A stretch of 64,000 bases of DNA from Octopus sinensis (GCF_006345805.1 NC_042998.1:132556001-132620000), one strand, 5' to 3'; counted from the first letter of the stretch, positions 34,066-47,904 are shown. Numbers and translations are program-made. Notes: generated by a model from the sequence alone, not told the origin.

Positions 34066-35519
34066 TTATTATTTAAGTTGGTGGATTGGCGGAATCGTTA
34101 TTATTGGATAAGTTGCGGCGATTTGTTCTTGCTCTTTATCTTCTGAGTTGGAATATTCTCTCCTGAGAGGGTGACTTTGCCTTTCATTCCTCGTGTGGAT
34201 GGGTGGGTTGGGAGAGGTAAGGTAAAATATACTACAGGCCCAGAAGCAATATATTTCTTATGTTCATAAGAGTAAGAGTTCTCACTTTCCTTCTTAACAT
34301 AGAAGAAATTTTGTGGTTGTACGTACCTTAATCTCCTTGCTACGCCTTTGATATATATATGACTGGACGATGTCACTAAAAATAGTGCATTTGAAAAATT
34401 TTACTTATTTAGTTTTTCTGTTGCGTATAGCGTTTCCCACTCGTGGCCTTAAGTGTGTGAAATTAGTAAGCAAGTCTACACTCCTCCGACATATTCTCAG
34501 AACGTTTGTAGCACGAGGGGGACTGAGGCGTAGCAACATCAACCTTTCATAACATTAAGTAACCAATTATAGCAAAGCAGTTTCTGACTGATGTCCCACC
34601 CACTCGTCTTCTCCGCTGCAACCTCCAGTGTTTATAATTAAGATTTCAAGTACAAGAATACAAAACTACACATTTTGGAACTGAAGTGTACAGTCGACGT
34701 AATCGATTCCGTTATTTGACTGTTGTTATATTTTATAATTCCTAAAAGAGTACAAAGCAAAATATACCATTGTGAGAGATTTGAACTAAGAATTTCCATT
34801 CCTCATCTCCACTCTTCTTGAGTTTAATCCAAGGACTTTCGCTTCTATAAAGACTCTTGACTTGTTTAAAATGTCACATCTTGATGTCGGTGGGATGGAA
34901 TTTTTTAAAAAAATGAAGAGAAAAAGAAAAGAAAAGATAGGCGCATTAGTTAATGTTGTATTAAATACAGAATGCCTGAAAAATATGATTGGGTAAATAA
35001 CATGATGGTCAATGCTCACTTCTTGGTCATAGGTTTTGTTGGATCGGAGCTGATCTTGGGCTAAACGACCGTAACGAATCTTCAAAATTACAAATATTCT
35101 AATTAATTCTTACCAGCTTTAAGGCCACCGTCTAGATTCTCTAGTGATATTTGTCACTGAGAAGTTAAAAACTAAACTATAATCACACGAAACGTAGTAA
35201 ATATTTTAGACTTTGCTGTTTATTGACATATATAAAGATGAGAATGACTTGAGCAACAATGTTAGAAAATGTAGTTTTATCATTCAAGGGAGGTTACTCA
35301 GTCTGCAAGTGTTTGCTGAAATTGTGGATTATCTCCACTTGATTTTTGCTTTTTCTAATTTGCTTACTCGCCAATATGGTGATGGAAATTTAATCTTATT
35401 TTATCATTACCAAATTTGCTCTACGTTATTACGCGTAAAACTGTCGACAAGTTACCTTTCATTCGTCGAATTTAAACAGAGAAATATTTTACCAAGTTCA
35501 CATTTATTTGCATGAGCGT

Positions 35520-35951
35520 TGGACGATTGTCAAACTTAGCGAGCTGGCAGAATCGTTATAGCCGTCGGACAAAATGCTGAGCGGTATTTCATCCGAATCT
35601 TTACATTCTGATAAATCAAAACACCAGTCAAGTATAATACCAGTCATGATATCGACTAAACCTGCTCCTGAAATTTCAGGCCTTGTACCCACGCTAAAAA
35701 TAACAACAGCTCTAATTAATAATAATAATAATAATGATAATCCTTTCTACAATAGGCACACGGCCCTGAGATTTGGGGGAGGGGTATAGTCGATTACATC
35801 GACCCCAGTACTCAGCTGGTATTTTATCGATCCCCGAAAGGATGAAAGGCAAAGTCGACTTCGGTGGAATTTGAATTCAGAATGCAAAATCCGAAGAAAT
35901 GCTGTCAAGCATTTTGTCCGGCGTGTTAACAATCCTGCCAACTTGACACCC

Positions 35952-35983
<32 letters not shown>

Positions 35984-36335
35984 CCTTTCAACTAAAGGCA
36001 CAAGGTCTGGAATTTGTGGAGAGGGGACTAGTGGATTACATCGACCGCAGTGTTTCATTGGTACTTAATTCATCGACCCCGAAAGGATGAAAGGCAAGAT
36101 TGACCTCGGCGGAATTTGAACTCAGAACGAAGCATTTCGTCCAGCCGAATAAAGTGTTTAGCAGCATTTCATCCGGCTCGTTACGTTCTGTGTTCAAATG
36201 TCATCGAAAGCAGCTTTCTCTTTCATCCTTTCATAGTCGATAAGACAAGTACCAGTTGTGCACGAGGTCGATATAATCGATCAGCCCACACCTCACACAC
36301 AAAATGTCAGGCTTTGTGCCTATAGTAGAAAGAAT
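35520..36335. mobile_element. Cluster of four SINE B copies (+ 35520-35700, - 35738-35953, - 35983-36125, + 36150-36335) linked by (AAT)n
   Basis: Repeated ccccgaaaggatgaaaggcaa...gaatttgaa on the minus copies; (AAT)n at 35718-35737 and 35955-35982. Confidence 0.8.
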
Positions 36336-37285
36336 TACTTTTATTATTGATCTCTTAATTTTTTTTTCTCACCTCATTTTGACGACAAAACATACATTAT
36401 TATATTCCATGTTATTAATTAGCTTGGCTATATTCTATTAATTAGGTTGACTATATTGACCATGTCGCTAAGTGGTTGTTGTAAGTGATGTGTAATGCAA
36501 TATGATTTTAATTAGCTTGTAAATTTAATATGGTTTAGTAGATTTACTTCCTAACATAATCCTTATCCGAGTTAATGTTTCTTTGCAGCCCAAAAATAAA
36601 ACAAAGAAAAATAATAATATCGAAAGAGATAGAACACCCTTTTGACGCCAAAAATGTCTAGTGTGTGTGTGTGTATGTGTGTATATATACGTGTTCCACT
36701 GTCTCTCTCTGTATGAAAGTGTGGCTCTACGATGCTGCCTTTCTTTCTGTGTTTGTATGTGTGTGACGAAGAGAGAAATTAAGTGGATTAGCAACCGGTA
36801 AAAAAGAAAAAAAAGAAGTATTTAAAATAATAATTGACCAAAGGAATTAGATAAATACTCTTTTATTTCTGGCGGGGGGAGCAGGTTGGTAGGTTATGAT
36901 GTCGATGGTGGTAGAGGAGGAGGTTTCATCGCTTAATCTTTTCGGTTTTTCCCAGTCAGCATTATCTCTCGTTCACTTAGTTAACTAGGTCGTAGCTGCA
37001 GTTTGTCCTTCTGCTCCAGTTATTGTTGGTGAATGATCCTGTTGATAGGCGATTAGCATTGCATTAACCTATATTTCTCTGGACGGCTGTCGTCATTCAT
37101 AAGGGAGCTAACTCTGAGAAGAATATCGGAAGAAAATCATTTTCAAGCTTTTCTGTTTTTTCTCCTCCCTCTGCTTTTTGTTGGAAGACAGGGATGGCGA
37201 ACTATGTAGAAAGACGGACTTGAGTTTAACGTTTCGAGTTCACATTACGCCAAGGTCCAGTTTACCTCGTGTCCTGCTGTAATTG

Positions 37286-37420
<135 letters not shown>

Positions 37421-37538
37421 AAAGGGTAAAATTAATTAATTAAGAAGTAATCAATAATTTCATCAAGTAGAATTCGGCATGAAAAAAGGACTATTTCTTC
37501 TACTTTAAAAAGGGACTCCCAGAGAAACCTTACATATA

Positions 37539-37689
37539 TACGACAGGCTTCTTTCAGTTTCCGTCTACCAAATCCACTCACAAGGCTTTGGTCGGCCCGA
37601 GGCTATAGTAGAAGACACTTGCCCAAGATGCCACGCAGTGGGACCGAACCCGGAACCATGTGGTTGGTTAGCAAGCTACTTACCACACA
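37539..37689 (-). mobile_element. SINE A 5' half
   Basis: acgacaggcttctttcag ... gctacttaccacaca; truncated at the internal microsatellite. Confidence 0.9.
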
Positions 37690-37905
37690 AAGGCGGTCAG
37701 CTGGCAGAATTGTTAGCGTGCCGGACAGAATGCTTTGCGTCATTTCATCCCTCTTTACGTTCTGAGTTCAAATTCCGCCGAGGTCGACTTTACCTTTCAT
37801 ATTTTCGAGGTCGATAAAATAAGTACCAGTTGAATACTGAGGTCGATGTAATCAACTTAACCCCCCCCCCCAAATTACTGGCTTTGTGCCAAAATTGGAA
37901 ACCAG
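37690..37905 (+). mobile_element. SINE B
   Basis: aaggcggtcagctggcagaattgttagc ... ttccgccgaggtcgac. Confidence 0.85.
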
Positions 37906-38049
37906 CATTTAAGTAGTCATATAAATTTTATGATAATTAAACTAATTTAAAACAATATTTTAAATTTTGATAAATATCACAAATTTTATTTTTATTTTAG
38001 GTATTCAATTTTTTTTTCTTTCAGAAACTATCTATTTCTGTTAGTCATA

Positions 38050-38365
38050 TGTGGTTTCGGGTTCAGTCCTACTGCGTGCCTTGGGCAAGTAACTTCTACT
38101 ATGGCCCCGGAGTCTCTAAAGCGTTGGGGCTAAATTTGGTTGAGGGAAACTGTGCGGAAGCACATTGTTTCTGAGTTTGACAATCAGACGTAGTTTGGTC
38201 ATGTCCCCGCAACTTAGCGGTTTGGCCGACGTGACCTATAGATGTACGGGCATTTTTTTTTTTTTTTTCATGCTAAAATTTTTTTTGAAAAATGTTCTAG
38301 GGTCGATTTGATCAAGGTGATGCTCCAGCAAGGCCGCAGTCCAGTGAGTGAAACAAATAAAAGAT
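38050..38365 (+). mobile_element. Old diverged SINE A
   Basis: cgggttcagtcct ... ccttgggcaag ... gtccccgcaacttagcgg ... ggccgcagtcc. Confidence 0.7.
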
Positions 38366-38389
38366 GGCTGGGATTAGGGCACAGAAAAA

Positions 38390-38805
38390 AATATTCGGCG
38401 ATCTTTCGTCTCTAGTAGACCTTTCCGTCGATTTCCGTAAAAAAAATTTTTTGTTACATATGAGCTTGCGGGAACTTTTGAAGTAATATACATACATGTA
38501 CACATACACCGAGTAAAAAATTTCAGTTATCTCTTTCTTTCACACATTACTCTGTCTCTTCACACACACTACTTACACAACATACTGTCTGTCTCCCACA
38601 CCCCATCAAACACACACATGTACATCAATGCTTCACATGCACGGTAACTTCAAAAGAACTTCCCTCGTCATACAATCGCTTTCTCTTAGTCTCTTTCGCT
38701 CTCATTACTTCAAAAGTTCCCGCAAGCCCATATGTAAAGAAAAAAAAATCTTTTTTACGGAAATCGACGGAAAGGTCTACTAGAGACGAAAGATTGCCAA
38801 ATATT
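38390..38805. mobile_element. Element with about 100-bp inverted arms (MITE/foldback-like)
   Basis: 38390-38487 is the reverse complement of 38704-38805 (aatattcggcgatctttcgtctctagtagacc...gaagtaat), with a 216-bp spacer. Confidence 0.75.
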
Positions 38806-39221
38806 CCAGGGTATGTGTGGGAAGCAAAGCTTAAAAAAAGATTATGAATCACTACGAACACTTGAAACTGAAAAAATAAATTGCTCCTATGTTCTTAGAT
38901 TACATGAATTGGTTAGTTTTGACTATGAAGCTTCTCCAAACTTTACAGAATTATTTATTAGGTCTGTGAATGGTTAGGATCCGTTTAACCTTTGTTATCG
39001 CGCTACGTACGATCTTGTCAATGTTGTTTCACCAAGCTAAGCCAAATTGATCCGAGTTACTTCCCTTACACCATTTAACCGATTGTTTTTGTTGTTTAGT
39101 CCCCAGATGAATCTTGATCGAACAGGCTTTGTGACAAAAGGAAATCCAGCTATATAAGTTACTCTTCCATTTTTTTTTCCAGCCTAGTGTGGCTATGTAT
39201 GCGTGTATGTATGTATGTATG

Positions 39222-39270
<49 letters not shown>

Positions 39271-39649
39271 GCACACACACATATGTATATATATAATACA
39301 CATATACACACATAGAGAAGACTATATCTTTATTATCTCGTGTATTTTCTCCTTCAAGACAACCGGGTGTAATTTGATTAGACTTGACTGCTGTTTCTAA
39401 CAAGCCATGTGACCGCATAGTGGTTCAACCGCTTTGCTATTGCTCACCTTTCTCTTACACTCCTGAGTCAGTTGATATAGGTCATAGCTTGGTTTCTCCT
39501 TTTCTCTACTTCTTTTCTTTCTGTTGTATACACTTCGTGTTAAAGCTCTTCTTCCCGTTTTTACACTCTACTGGCAAAATTTTCTTTGTGTGTATGCATT
39601 GCGTATCTATCTATCTATCTATGTATCTATCTATCATCTTTCTTTCTTA

Positions 39650-39806
39650 TAAAATTATAATTAAGGGTATCTAAAAGATACCGCCATGCTATATATAGCA
39701 GCCAAAACCTGATTCTAAAACCCACATTAAATGTGGTTTAGAGTCAAGTTTTGGCTGCTATATCTAGCATGGTGGTATCTCTTGGATACCCTTAATTATA
39801 ATTTTA
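39650..39806. other. 157-bp near-perfect palindrome (hairpin/foldback)
   Basis: taaaattataattaagggtatc...ccacat taa atgtgg...gatacccttaattataatttta; a few mismatches and an approximately 3-nt apex. Confidence 0.9.
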
Positions 39807-39886
39807 ATAATAATTATTACCTATGAGGTTTTATATTCCCATTTCTGGCCACCTAATTTGATCGGTATTTTAAATAACGATCTTAT

Positions 39887-39950
<64 letters not shown>

Positions 39951-41122
39951 GTGTATATATATGTATAGACAGACAGATTATATATACATACCGGTTGTAT
40001 AAATGTATGTATGTATGCAGCATGTATTTTCGTGTAAGCGCGCCCGTTTTGAAAGATCTTTGTTTGACGTCGTCTAAAAATATGATTTCTAAATACATAT
40101 TCTTTCTTGCATTTATTTCTGCGCGTACGGCGTGCTTGCTTTTTATAACATATTAATCATTCGAACAAGGAAGTTAATATCTTTCATTCTCTCTCTCTGC
40201 TCTGTTCTGGTATTTCTTGAGGATTTTCTTTTTTTAGTCAACTATAATTTTCTCGTATTGGCACAGGGCCAGAAATTGCAGGTGATTAGCGGTGTAGTCG
40301 ATTGAACCGTACCCCCATTACATATGGCTGTTTGCCCTCCCTGGAGGTGATAAAAACGCAAAAAGAGTCAACACCTGACATGGTCTCTAGTTCCATGGAT
40401 AATAAATTAATAATGCAAGGCTCATATTTTCCTTCTCTCCAACGTTCCTCTGTTTCGGAATAAAAGTAGATTTGTTGTGTAATATTATTATTATCATCGT
40501 TATGTGGTCGTGCGCTCGCTTGAGTTTATGTAGCTGATTCGACAAAGTCTGCTACAGCCTTTAACCGTAATTTCTGAAACGGACTGGTTTTCTGTTTGAA
40601 GGGTATGATGTGATCTCGGTTACTTACGGGCCGTGGAAACCGGGTAACAGGCAGGACGAGGCAGAGATGGAAGCCGTAACTTAATGAATTTGTGTGTGTG
40701 TGTGTGTGTGTTAGGTAGAATCAACAAAAAAGTACTCCGACCAGTGAGAGAGAGAGAGATATCAACTTTAATACTCATTAAATTGATATACTCACACACA
40801 GACTGTCCATAAAGTCTGTTTACAATATGGAGTACAAAATTATGGAAATTGTAAAGGTAATTTATGGACACGGGGGGGTGTATACATACATACACAGCCG
40901 CGCGCGTGTGTGTATAAGTAGATGTTTAAGAAATAGACAAGAGACGGATTGTTTTTTGAAGCAGTTTTATTTCTTTTAATCTCTATCACTCATATTTACT
41001 GTCAATTCACCATAGTCGCCTTGAGCACAAGAGTAAATGCACTCCTCCATGCGTATGCTTAGAGTAGACCCATTCACTCAGAGCCCATTCTTGCTACATT
41101 CACCCACATTTCAATAATAATA

Positions 41123-41338
41123 ATCCTTTCTACTATAGGCACAAGGTTTGAAATTTAGGGTGAGTGGCCTAGTCGATTACATCGACCCCAGTACGTAGCT
41201 GGTACTTATTTCATCGACCTCGAATGAATGAAAGGCAAAGTCGAACTCGGCGGCATTTGAACTCAGAACGTAATGTCGGATGAAATGCCATTAAGCATTT
41301 TTGTACAGCGTGCTAACGATTCTGCCAGCTTGCCAAAG
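41123..41338 (-). mobile_element. SINE B (short tail)
   Basis: aatcctttctactataggcacaagg ... gattctgccagcttgcc. Confidence 0.85.
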
Positions 41339-41407
41339 TGCAGCACCGAACTGGGTGCGATTCAGTATTTTGTTTTGTTCGTTTTATGCTCTTAGTTCAA
41401 GTTTTAA

Positions 41408-41562
41408 CAGTGCTCCACAATTTGTATTCCGCGGCACACTCGTGTGCTACTAGACTATGCTAGGTGTGCCGCAGTGTAGCCTGACTATAATTTTTCAACC
41501 CCCACTATACTTAGTTGTATTTTTAGTTCACGTGTGCCGCCGAATTTTGAAAAGAATGTAAG
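41408..41562 (+). mobile_element. 5' part of a hAT/Charlie-like MITE
   Basis: CAGTG start; subterminal motif gtgtgccgc at 41431 (inverted), about 41464 and 41532; cut by the SINE B at 41565. Confidence 0.4.
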
Positions 41563-41564
41563 TG

Positions 41565-41795
41565 TACCTATTTCTTTATTACCCACAAGGGGCTAAACAC
41601 AGAGGAGACAAACAAGGACAGACATAGGTATTAAGTCGATTACATCGACCCCAGTGCGTAACTGGTACTTAATTTATCGACCCCGAAAGGATGAAAGGCA
41701 AAGTCGACCTCGGCGGAATTTGAACTCAGAACGTAACGGCAGACGAAATACCGCTAAGCATTTCGGCGTGCTAACGTTTCTGCCAGCTCGCCGCC
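41565..41795 (-). mobile_element. SINE B long-tail variant, near consensus
   Basis: Tail ...gtttagccccttgtgggtaataaagaaataggta; head ggcggcgagctggcagaaacgttagc. Confidence 0.9.
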
Positions 41796-43627
41796 GTACC
41801 GCGAGTGGAAAAAGGTTGCGGAGCGCTGAGTTTCAACGAAGTCGATGTTTCTATCCCACCTACTTATTTCTCTTTGTGGTCGATATTACCGAACACGTGA
41901 ACAAGAATTCCAAGAGGAATCATGTAAATAATATAAGAAAAATAGAAAGTAAGGTAGTGGGACAGCCAAGTATGGCGGCAAGCTGCGAAAGAAATAGGTT
42001 TTTCATTATATGTCCCAAAATACAAGGCAGCACTTGGCATCGTATTAATGCCTGATCGTTACCTTACTTTTGGGTCAACTCGAGAATATTGATATTTTCC
42101 GAAAATTAATGGCCTGTCTGAGGTTCATGTGTAAATGTTTTTAGTAGCGTGAATATGTTGCTATGAACTGTTTTAATACGCTTGTGTGTGATGGTGGGGT
42201 TAACTTTTGGATTTTGTTCTTGTGTGTGTGTGTGTGTTCTTTTATACTAAGCTGTTTGCATGTTTGTCTTTTGGTGGTGTCGGAGGACACGGTAGACCCA
42301 TTTCGAAACCCTATAAACTGTGTGAAGATTTGTGCCAAGAACACGAAGTTCAGAAGTGGAGGTGAAGTGCATGTGATGTGGAAGAAGAAGAACAACAAGA
42401 AAAAGAAGAAGAATTGGTGAATAATGGATGTGGTTGGCGGGCGGGAAGATGTTTCAAGTTTAATCAAAGCTAGATGTTATATGTATTCTTCGTCTTTTTC
42501 TCCCCTTTTTGTTTTGTTTTAATTGGATAAATTAGGAAGGAAATGTTTTGCACTTAACAACCTCGTCACTTAATTGTACAACAAGGTGTTATAGTGGTGA
42601 TGATGATGATAATGATGGGGATGGAGGAGGTACTGGTGTTGGTTTTGTTGGTATTGGTAACGGTGTTGATTTCTTGTCCTTGGCATTTCTTGTCGCTTCA
42701 ATTGAAGCGATGGTAGGTGAGTTGGGTGGTGGTGGTGGGAAGAAGCAATGGTTTCAAAAACAAATTTAAAAAAAACCCCAAAATACGAAACTGCAAACTT
42801 AATTTTTCAAGAATTTGGTAATATTTCTTCTGCTTCCCAATCGATTTAAACCAATATTTATGGTCAAGGCTGATTAGGTTAAAGTAATTTCCTGGTTGAG
42901 TAATTCTTGTAGAGATGCTATGCCTTGATCTAGCAAACACAAACAAGGGCTTCGCTCCTCTTTTTGTTTTTCTTCTTTCAAGTAGTTGACAGCATTATTC
43001 AAAGTATCCTTCTTTTACTAAGCCGGTAGGATTTGTTCTGAAGACGATTTGGTAACCGTTTCTAACAGGCTTAGCGATCACCGTCTCATGGTCGACATAC
43101 GACTGAATAATGCGACTATATTTCTTAAACCGGTATACCGGTTGTTAGTGATGACCGTGATTCATATAATGGTGGTTATTTATATCTCACTTGTAAATGA
43201 CGTTCCTGTCGTGCCCATTCGTCCAGTTTTTTTGGGGTTTTTTCGGATATAGTATATCTAGCATGGCATCGTCTATTGTATCTTTCTCCTTTTGAAGATG
43301 GTACGATGTGACTTGAAATGGTTTGGGCTGATATTTCTAACAAGCTATACAACACTATGGCTCTCTTGTTTGGCCCTAGTTTAGTTCTGATCAAAAGGTC
43401 TATGATCAAAATCGTTCAAACCGTGCTATTTCATCGATTTCATTAAATAGCTTATCTCGGACCAAATACATTATCAAATATGTCTTTGATTTTCTTTTTT
43501 TTTTTTTTTTTTTTTGTTTAAAGACTGTAGGATGTGAATTTAAAGAGACTTTGCTGCTATTTCTTGTTGGGACCATGTAGAGATAGTCTAGTCAACTAGT
43601 GGCCATATGGTTTTGTATTATTGGTGA

Positions 43628-43830
43628 TCAGATGGCGAAATCGTTTGCAAGTCGGTCAAAATGCTTAGCGGCTTTTCTTCCGGCTTGTTAAACGTTCTGA
43701 GTTCAAATTCGGCCGATGTCGACTTTGCCATTCATCCTTTCGGGGTCGATAAAATAAGTACCAGCTGAACACTAGGATCGATGTAATCCACTTACTCCCT
43801 TCCACTTGCACCAAAATTTGAAATCATTAT
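43628..43830 (+). mobile_element. SINE B
   Basis: gatggcgaaatcgtt ... gttctgagttcaaattcggccgatgtcgac ... ggggtcgataaaataagtacc. Confidence 0.8.
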
Positions 43831-44656
43831 TAGTGACAGCCATATTGTCTGCTAATTTTTTTATTTTTTGTTGTTGTTGATGATACCAATTGTTCTTGGT
43901 GGTGTCGATGGTGGTTCTTACAATGGTTAAAGAACGAAGCTGTTTGTTTTGCTGAGTGTCTACATGATGATGTAAGTGGTGATGATGATGGTCGTAAAAA
44001 AAAAAAGTCAGTTAATCCTCCCCCACCTCAGTACACAAGAATTCCCCTTCCACTCCTACTCCCTTTGTCGCCATACTCTCTTTCCCCACCCCACCGCAAC
44101 CCTATTACGGGATGTTTGAAGAGAAAAAGGAAGGACTCCCTCCTTTTTAAGGGCGAAAGAGCGGTGAGGGTTCATTATGAATTCTACTTCAAGGTTTAGT
44201 AAATATTCTAAGTAAACTCTCCTTTATTGACACGCATTTCAGCCCCCCTCCATTTGTTGTCTCTTCATACACTCCGACCACCACCACCACCACCACTACT
44301 ACTACTACTATTACTACTACTACTACTACCCTTTTTAAGTCTGTACCTTTTTTCTGCTTTCCATTTCATTTTCCTGGAAACTAATATTCCAATTTATTTA
44401 CGAACGCAGCCCCGTCCGTTCATCGCCTTCAGTCGACATTTTATTTATCTCTCTATTTATTTAATTATTATTTGGGATTGATATTTGTGTTTGATTCCTT
44501 CAGGTAAATAATAAAAAAAAAAAAGAAAAGAAAATGCCACTAATGAACTGTTTCATTTTCTATTGATTAAAATATCCAAACTTTCTTTCCTTGCCTTTAT
44601 CCACTGAAGAAAAGTATTCAGCTAAAAGGAATAATAATAATAACAATAATAATAAT

Positions 44657-45074
44657 AATCCTTTCTACTATAGGCACAAGGCCTGGAATTTAGGGAAATG
44701 GGATAGTCAATTACACCGGTACTTAATTTATCGACCCCGAAAGGATGAAAGGCAAAGTCGACCTCGGAGGAATTTAAACCCAGAACGTAAAGACGGACGA
44801 AATGCTGAATTGCCCGGCGCGGTAACGATTCTGCCGGCTTGTCGCCTTAATCATAACGATAATAATCCTTTCTATTAAAGGCACAAAGCCGGGAATTTTG
44901 CGGGAGGGAACTAATCGATTACAACGACCCCAGTGTTTCACTAGCACTTAATTTATTTGACCTCGAAAGGATGAAAGTCGACTTCGGCGGATTTGAACTT
45001 TGAACGTAGCGACGGGCGAAATACCGCTAAGCTTTTTGTCCAGCGTGCTAATGATTCTTCCCGCTCACCACCTT
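44657..45074 (-). mobile_element. Two tandem SINE B copies (44657-44850, 44865-45074)
   Basis: Each begins at an (AAT)n tract with aatcctttct and ends in gcctt/acctt. Confidence 0.85.
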
Positions 45075-45145
45075 AATAATAATAAACGGAAGAAAATTTG
45101 AAGAAAGAAGGAAAATAATGATGATGATGATGATGATAATAATAA

Positions 45146-45610
45146 TAAAAGATGGGCTACAAAAATATACTGCTCAATACCACAGATTTGCTTGTCAGTT
45201 GTTTGACCATAACCTGCTGAGCATGTCCCTAAGTGGCTAACGATATGTGCATCTCTGATCGCAAGCAGAAGTGGTGGGAGAGCATCATAGCCATGTGTTG
45301 AGAGGAATTCTTTAGGGTTTGGATAATTCACCTTTCGAAACATGGGTGTTTCATTCAACACCCTTAAACAACCCTTTTTCAAGGACGTTTTGAGTGGTAT
45401 GGGCTACTCAACCTGAAGAAAATTCTAACTGGGCCCCATCTACAAGGTCATGCGCTGTTAATATTGATACAAGATCACCATGTTGCGCACATATGGTTGC
45501 GACACGTGTACCTAATGTACCCTTATCAGACGGGTAGTCATGATGGGTATACTGGACTTACTATATTTTACCTCAGTGTCACTTTGATGGCTTGCACTCC
45601 TCTCACACTC

Positions 45611-45643
<33 letters not shown>
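45146..45643 (+). mobile_element. TAA-tailed retroposon family C
   Basis: Inserted between (GAT/AAT)n and (AAT)n; 3' end gtgtcactttgatggc...ctc(aat)n. Confidence 0.8.
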
Positions 45644-45644
<1 letters not shown>

Positions 45645-46228
45645 GTCATTTACATTCTTGGTGTGTGTATTGATAGACACACATGCTTTTCTCAAAGACA
45701 TCGTTCTTGCTTCCTGCAAACAACTTTTCTTAAAATCTGTAACCCTTGCACTCCATGCCATCTGAGAAATCGATCTCAACAGGCACACACACACGCACAC
45801 ACTGTATGTACTTAGGCGTCCTTGAAAATGGCCGGTGTGTGTGATGTTCTTTGGCTACAGTCACCCCTAGGATTATTCAGGGTTCTGTGACAACCATAGA
45901 TTGAATCAACATACTCTTCTTCCCTGTGTCATCATCACAGCGTCGAAATCATCACCGTCATCTTCACCAACAACACCGGACACGCCACAGCCACCGCCAT
46001 TACATCTAATTATGAGTATCCTTGTACTATCACAAAACACCAATGTGGGGCCTGCTTTATAAAAAAAACATGAATAATCTCTAGTTTCACAATGTAACCG
46101 TGATGGTGGTGTTACACCACCATCACGGCAACCAGTACTATTACTACTACAACTACCAGCCAAGATTATTTAACGTATATATTTAACGTTTATAAGAAAC
46201 CCCCTAAATTTGGGGGCTTAAAATTTGG

Positions 46229-46438
46229 AAAGCTGGCAGAAACGTTAGCACGCCGGACGAAATGCTTAGCGGTATTTCGTCTGCCGCTACGTTCTGAGTT
46301 CAAATTCCGCCGAGGTCGACTTTGCCTTTCATCCTTTCCAGGTCGATAATTTAAGTACCAGTTGCGCACTTAGGTCGATCTAATCGTCTGGTCCCCTCTC
46401 CCAAAATTTCGGGCTTTTTGCCTAGAGTAGAAAAGAAA
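46229..46438 (+). mobile_element. SINE B (reference short-tail copy)
   Basis: agctggcagaaacgttagcacgccggacgaaatgcttagcggtatttcg ... gccgaggtcgactttgcctttcatcc; the centre resembles the Nin/Deu SINE domain (recalled). Confidence 0.9.
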
Positions 46439-46471
46439 AGATTTGTACATATTTTAGTATTGGTTTTTAAA

Positions 46472-46863
46472 TTCTTTTACTTGTTTCAATCATTTTGACT
46501 GCGGCCATACTGGAGCACGGCCTTTAGCCGAGAGCAAATCAACCCCAGGACTTATTCTTTGTGATCCTACTACTTATTCTATCGGTCTGTTACCGAATCG
46601 TTAAGTTACAAGGACGTAAACACACCAACATCGGTTGTCAAGCGATGGTGAGGAGACACAGACACATACAAATATATATATATATACATACACACACACA
46701 CACACACACGACTGGCTTCTTCAGTTTCCAGCTACCAAATCCACTCACAAGGGTTTGGTCGGCCCGAGGCTATAGTAGAAGACACTTGCCCAAGGCGCCA
46801 CGCGGTGGGACTGAACCCAAAACCTTGTGGTTTGGAAGCAAGCTTCTTACCACACAGGCACTC
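46472..46863 (-). mobile_element. SINE A
   Basis: Full reverse-strand copy with an internal (TA)(CA) tract. Confidence 0.9.
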
Positions 46864-47334
46864 TTGTTTTTTTTTTTTTTTTTCTTCACTTTTTATTCTT
46901 TTTTTTAATATGTTCGTTTTGAGACTGGCGCAAAGTTGAAATTGACTTAAAGTTGAGGTGTATTTCCCTATCAATTAAAAGGTGAAACTGGAAACGACTT
47001 AAGTTGAGGTATGCCTGTATTATACCATATATCACCGATCAAAAAATAAATAAATAAATAAAATCTCCCCCCCCCCACTTTGTAATCTCGCCGTGTTTGT
47101 TTATCTTTTCTGTCCATTAGGGAGGTAACATGGGGTCTTGCCGGACGGTGTGTGTATGTGTGTACATGGTCAAATATTTGCCTTAGACCGGAATTCGCAT
47201 AACAGACAGGCTCATCATCATCGTTGTGGTCTCGGTCGTGGCCGTCGTCATCTCTTTTGTTCTTGGCGAGCTTTAAAAGGTTTTAACATGAGAATATGCG
47301 ACAGTTGTCTGCAACATAGTTTTTTTTATTATTT

Positions 47335-47381
<47 letters not shown>

Positions 47382-47653
47382 GCTCTCTTTTTGTTTTTTT
47401 AAAGATGTATATGTCCCTTCGTCACACACTCATACAACTACAGCTTGCACACCACACCAGTTCCATCACAACCCAGAAATGGCCACCACCACCACCACCA
47501 CCTAACATTGCTTAGCCAGCTATAAGTTCCCCTATCGTAACACATAATGCAGCTACCACCACTACCAACACCATTACTACCACCGCCATCAAGAATACAA
47601 ATACATCAACAACAACAACTAACACTCACAACAATCTCCACTACATGCATTTG

Positions 47654-47684
<31 letters not shown>

Positions 47685-47849
47685 GAAATTTATAGAAAAA
47701 CAAAGGCGAAGGCAGGTAACAACAAGCAAGTGTATTAATTTGACGCTCGAGAAAAATGAAAAAAAGCCTTTTACGTTTCGGGCCCACGCTCTTCAACAGA
47801 GAGGATGAAATAATCTTGTAGATTTTAGGGGTCCAACATGGTGAATATA

Positions 47850-47880
<31 letters not shown>

Positions 47881-47904
47881 TATGAGGGAGAAAGACTGCT
47901 ATAT

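Noticed and set aside
38760-38800. Hammerhead within the 38.4-38.8 kb inverted arms (gtct actag agac GAAA gat)
   Set aside because: No acceptable CUGANGA core and no valid helix III/cleavage triplet.
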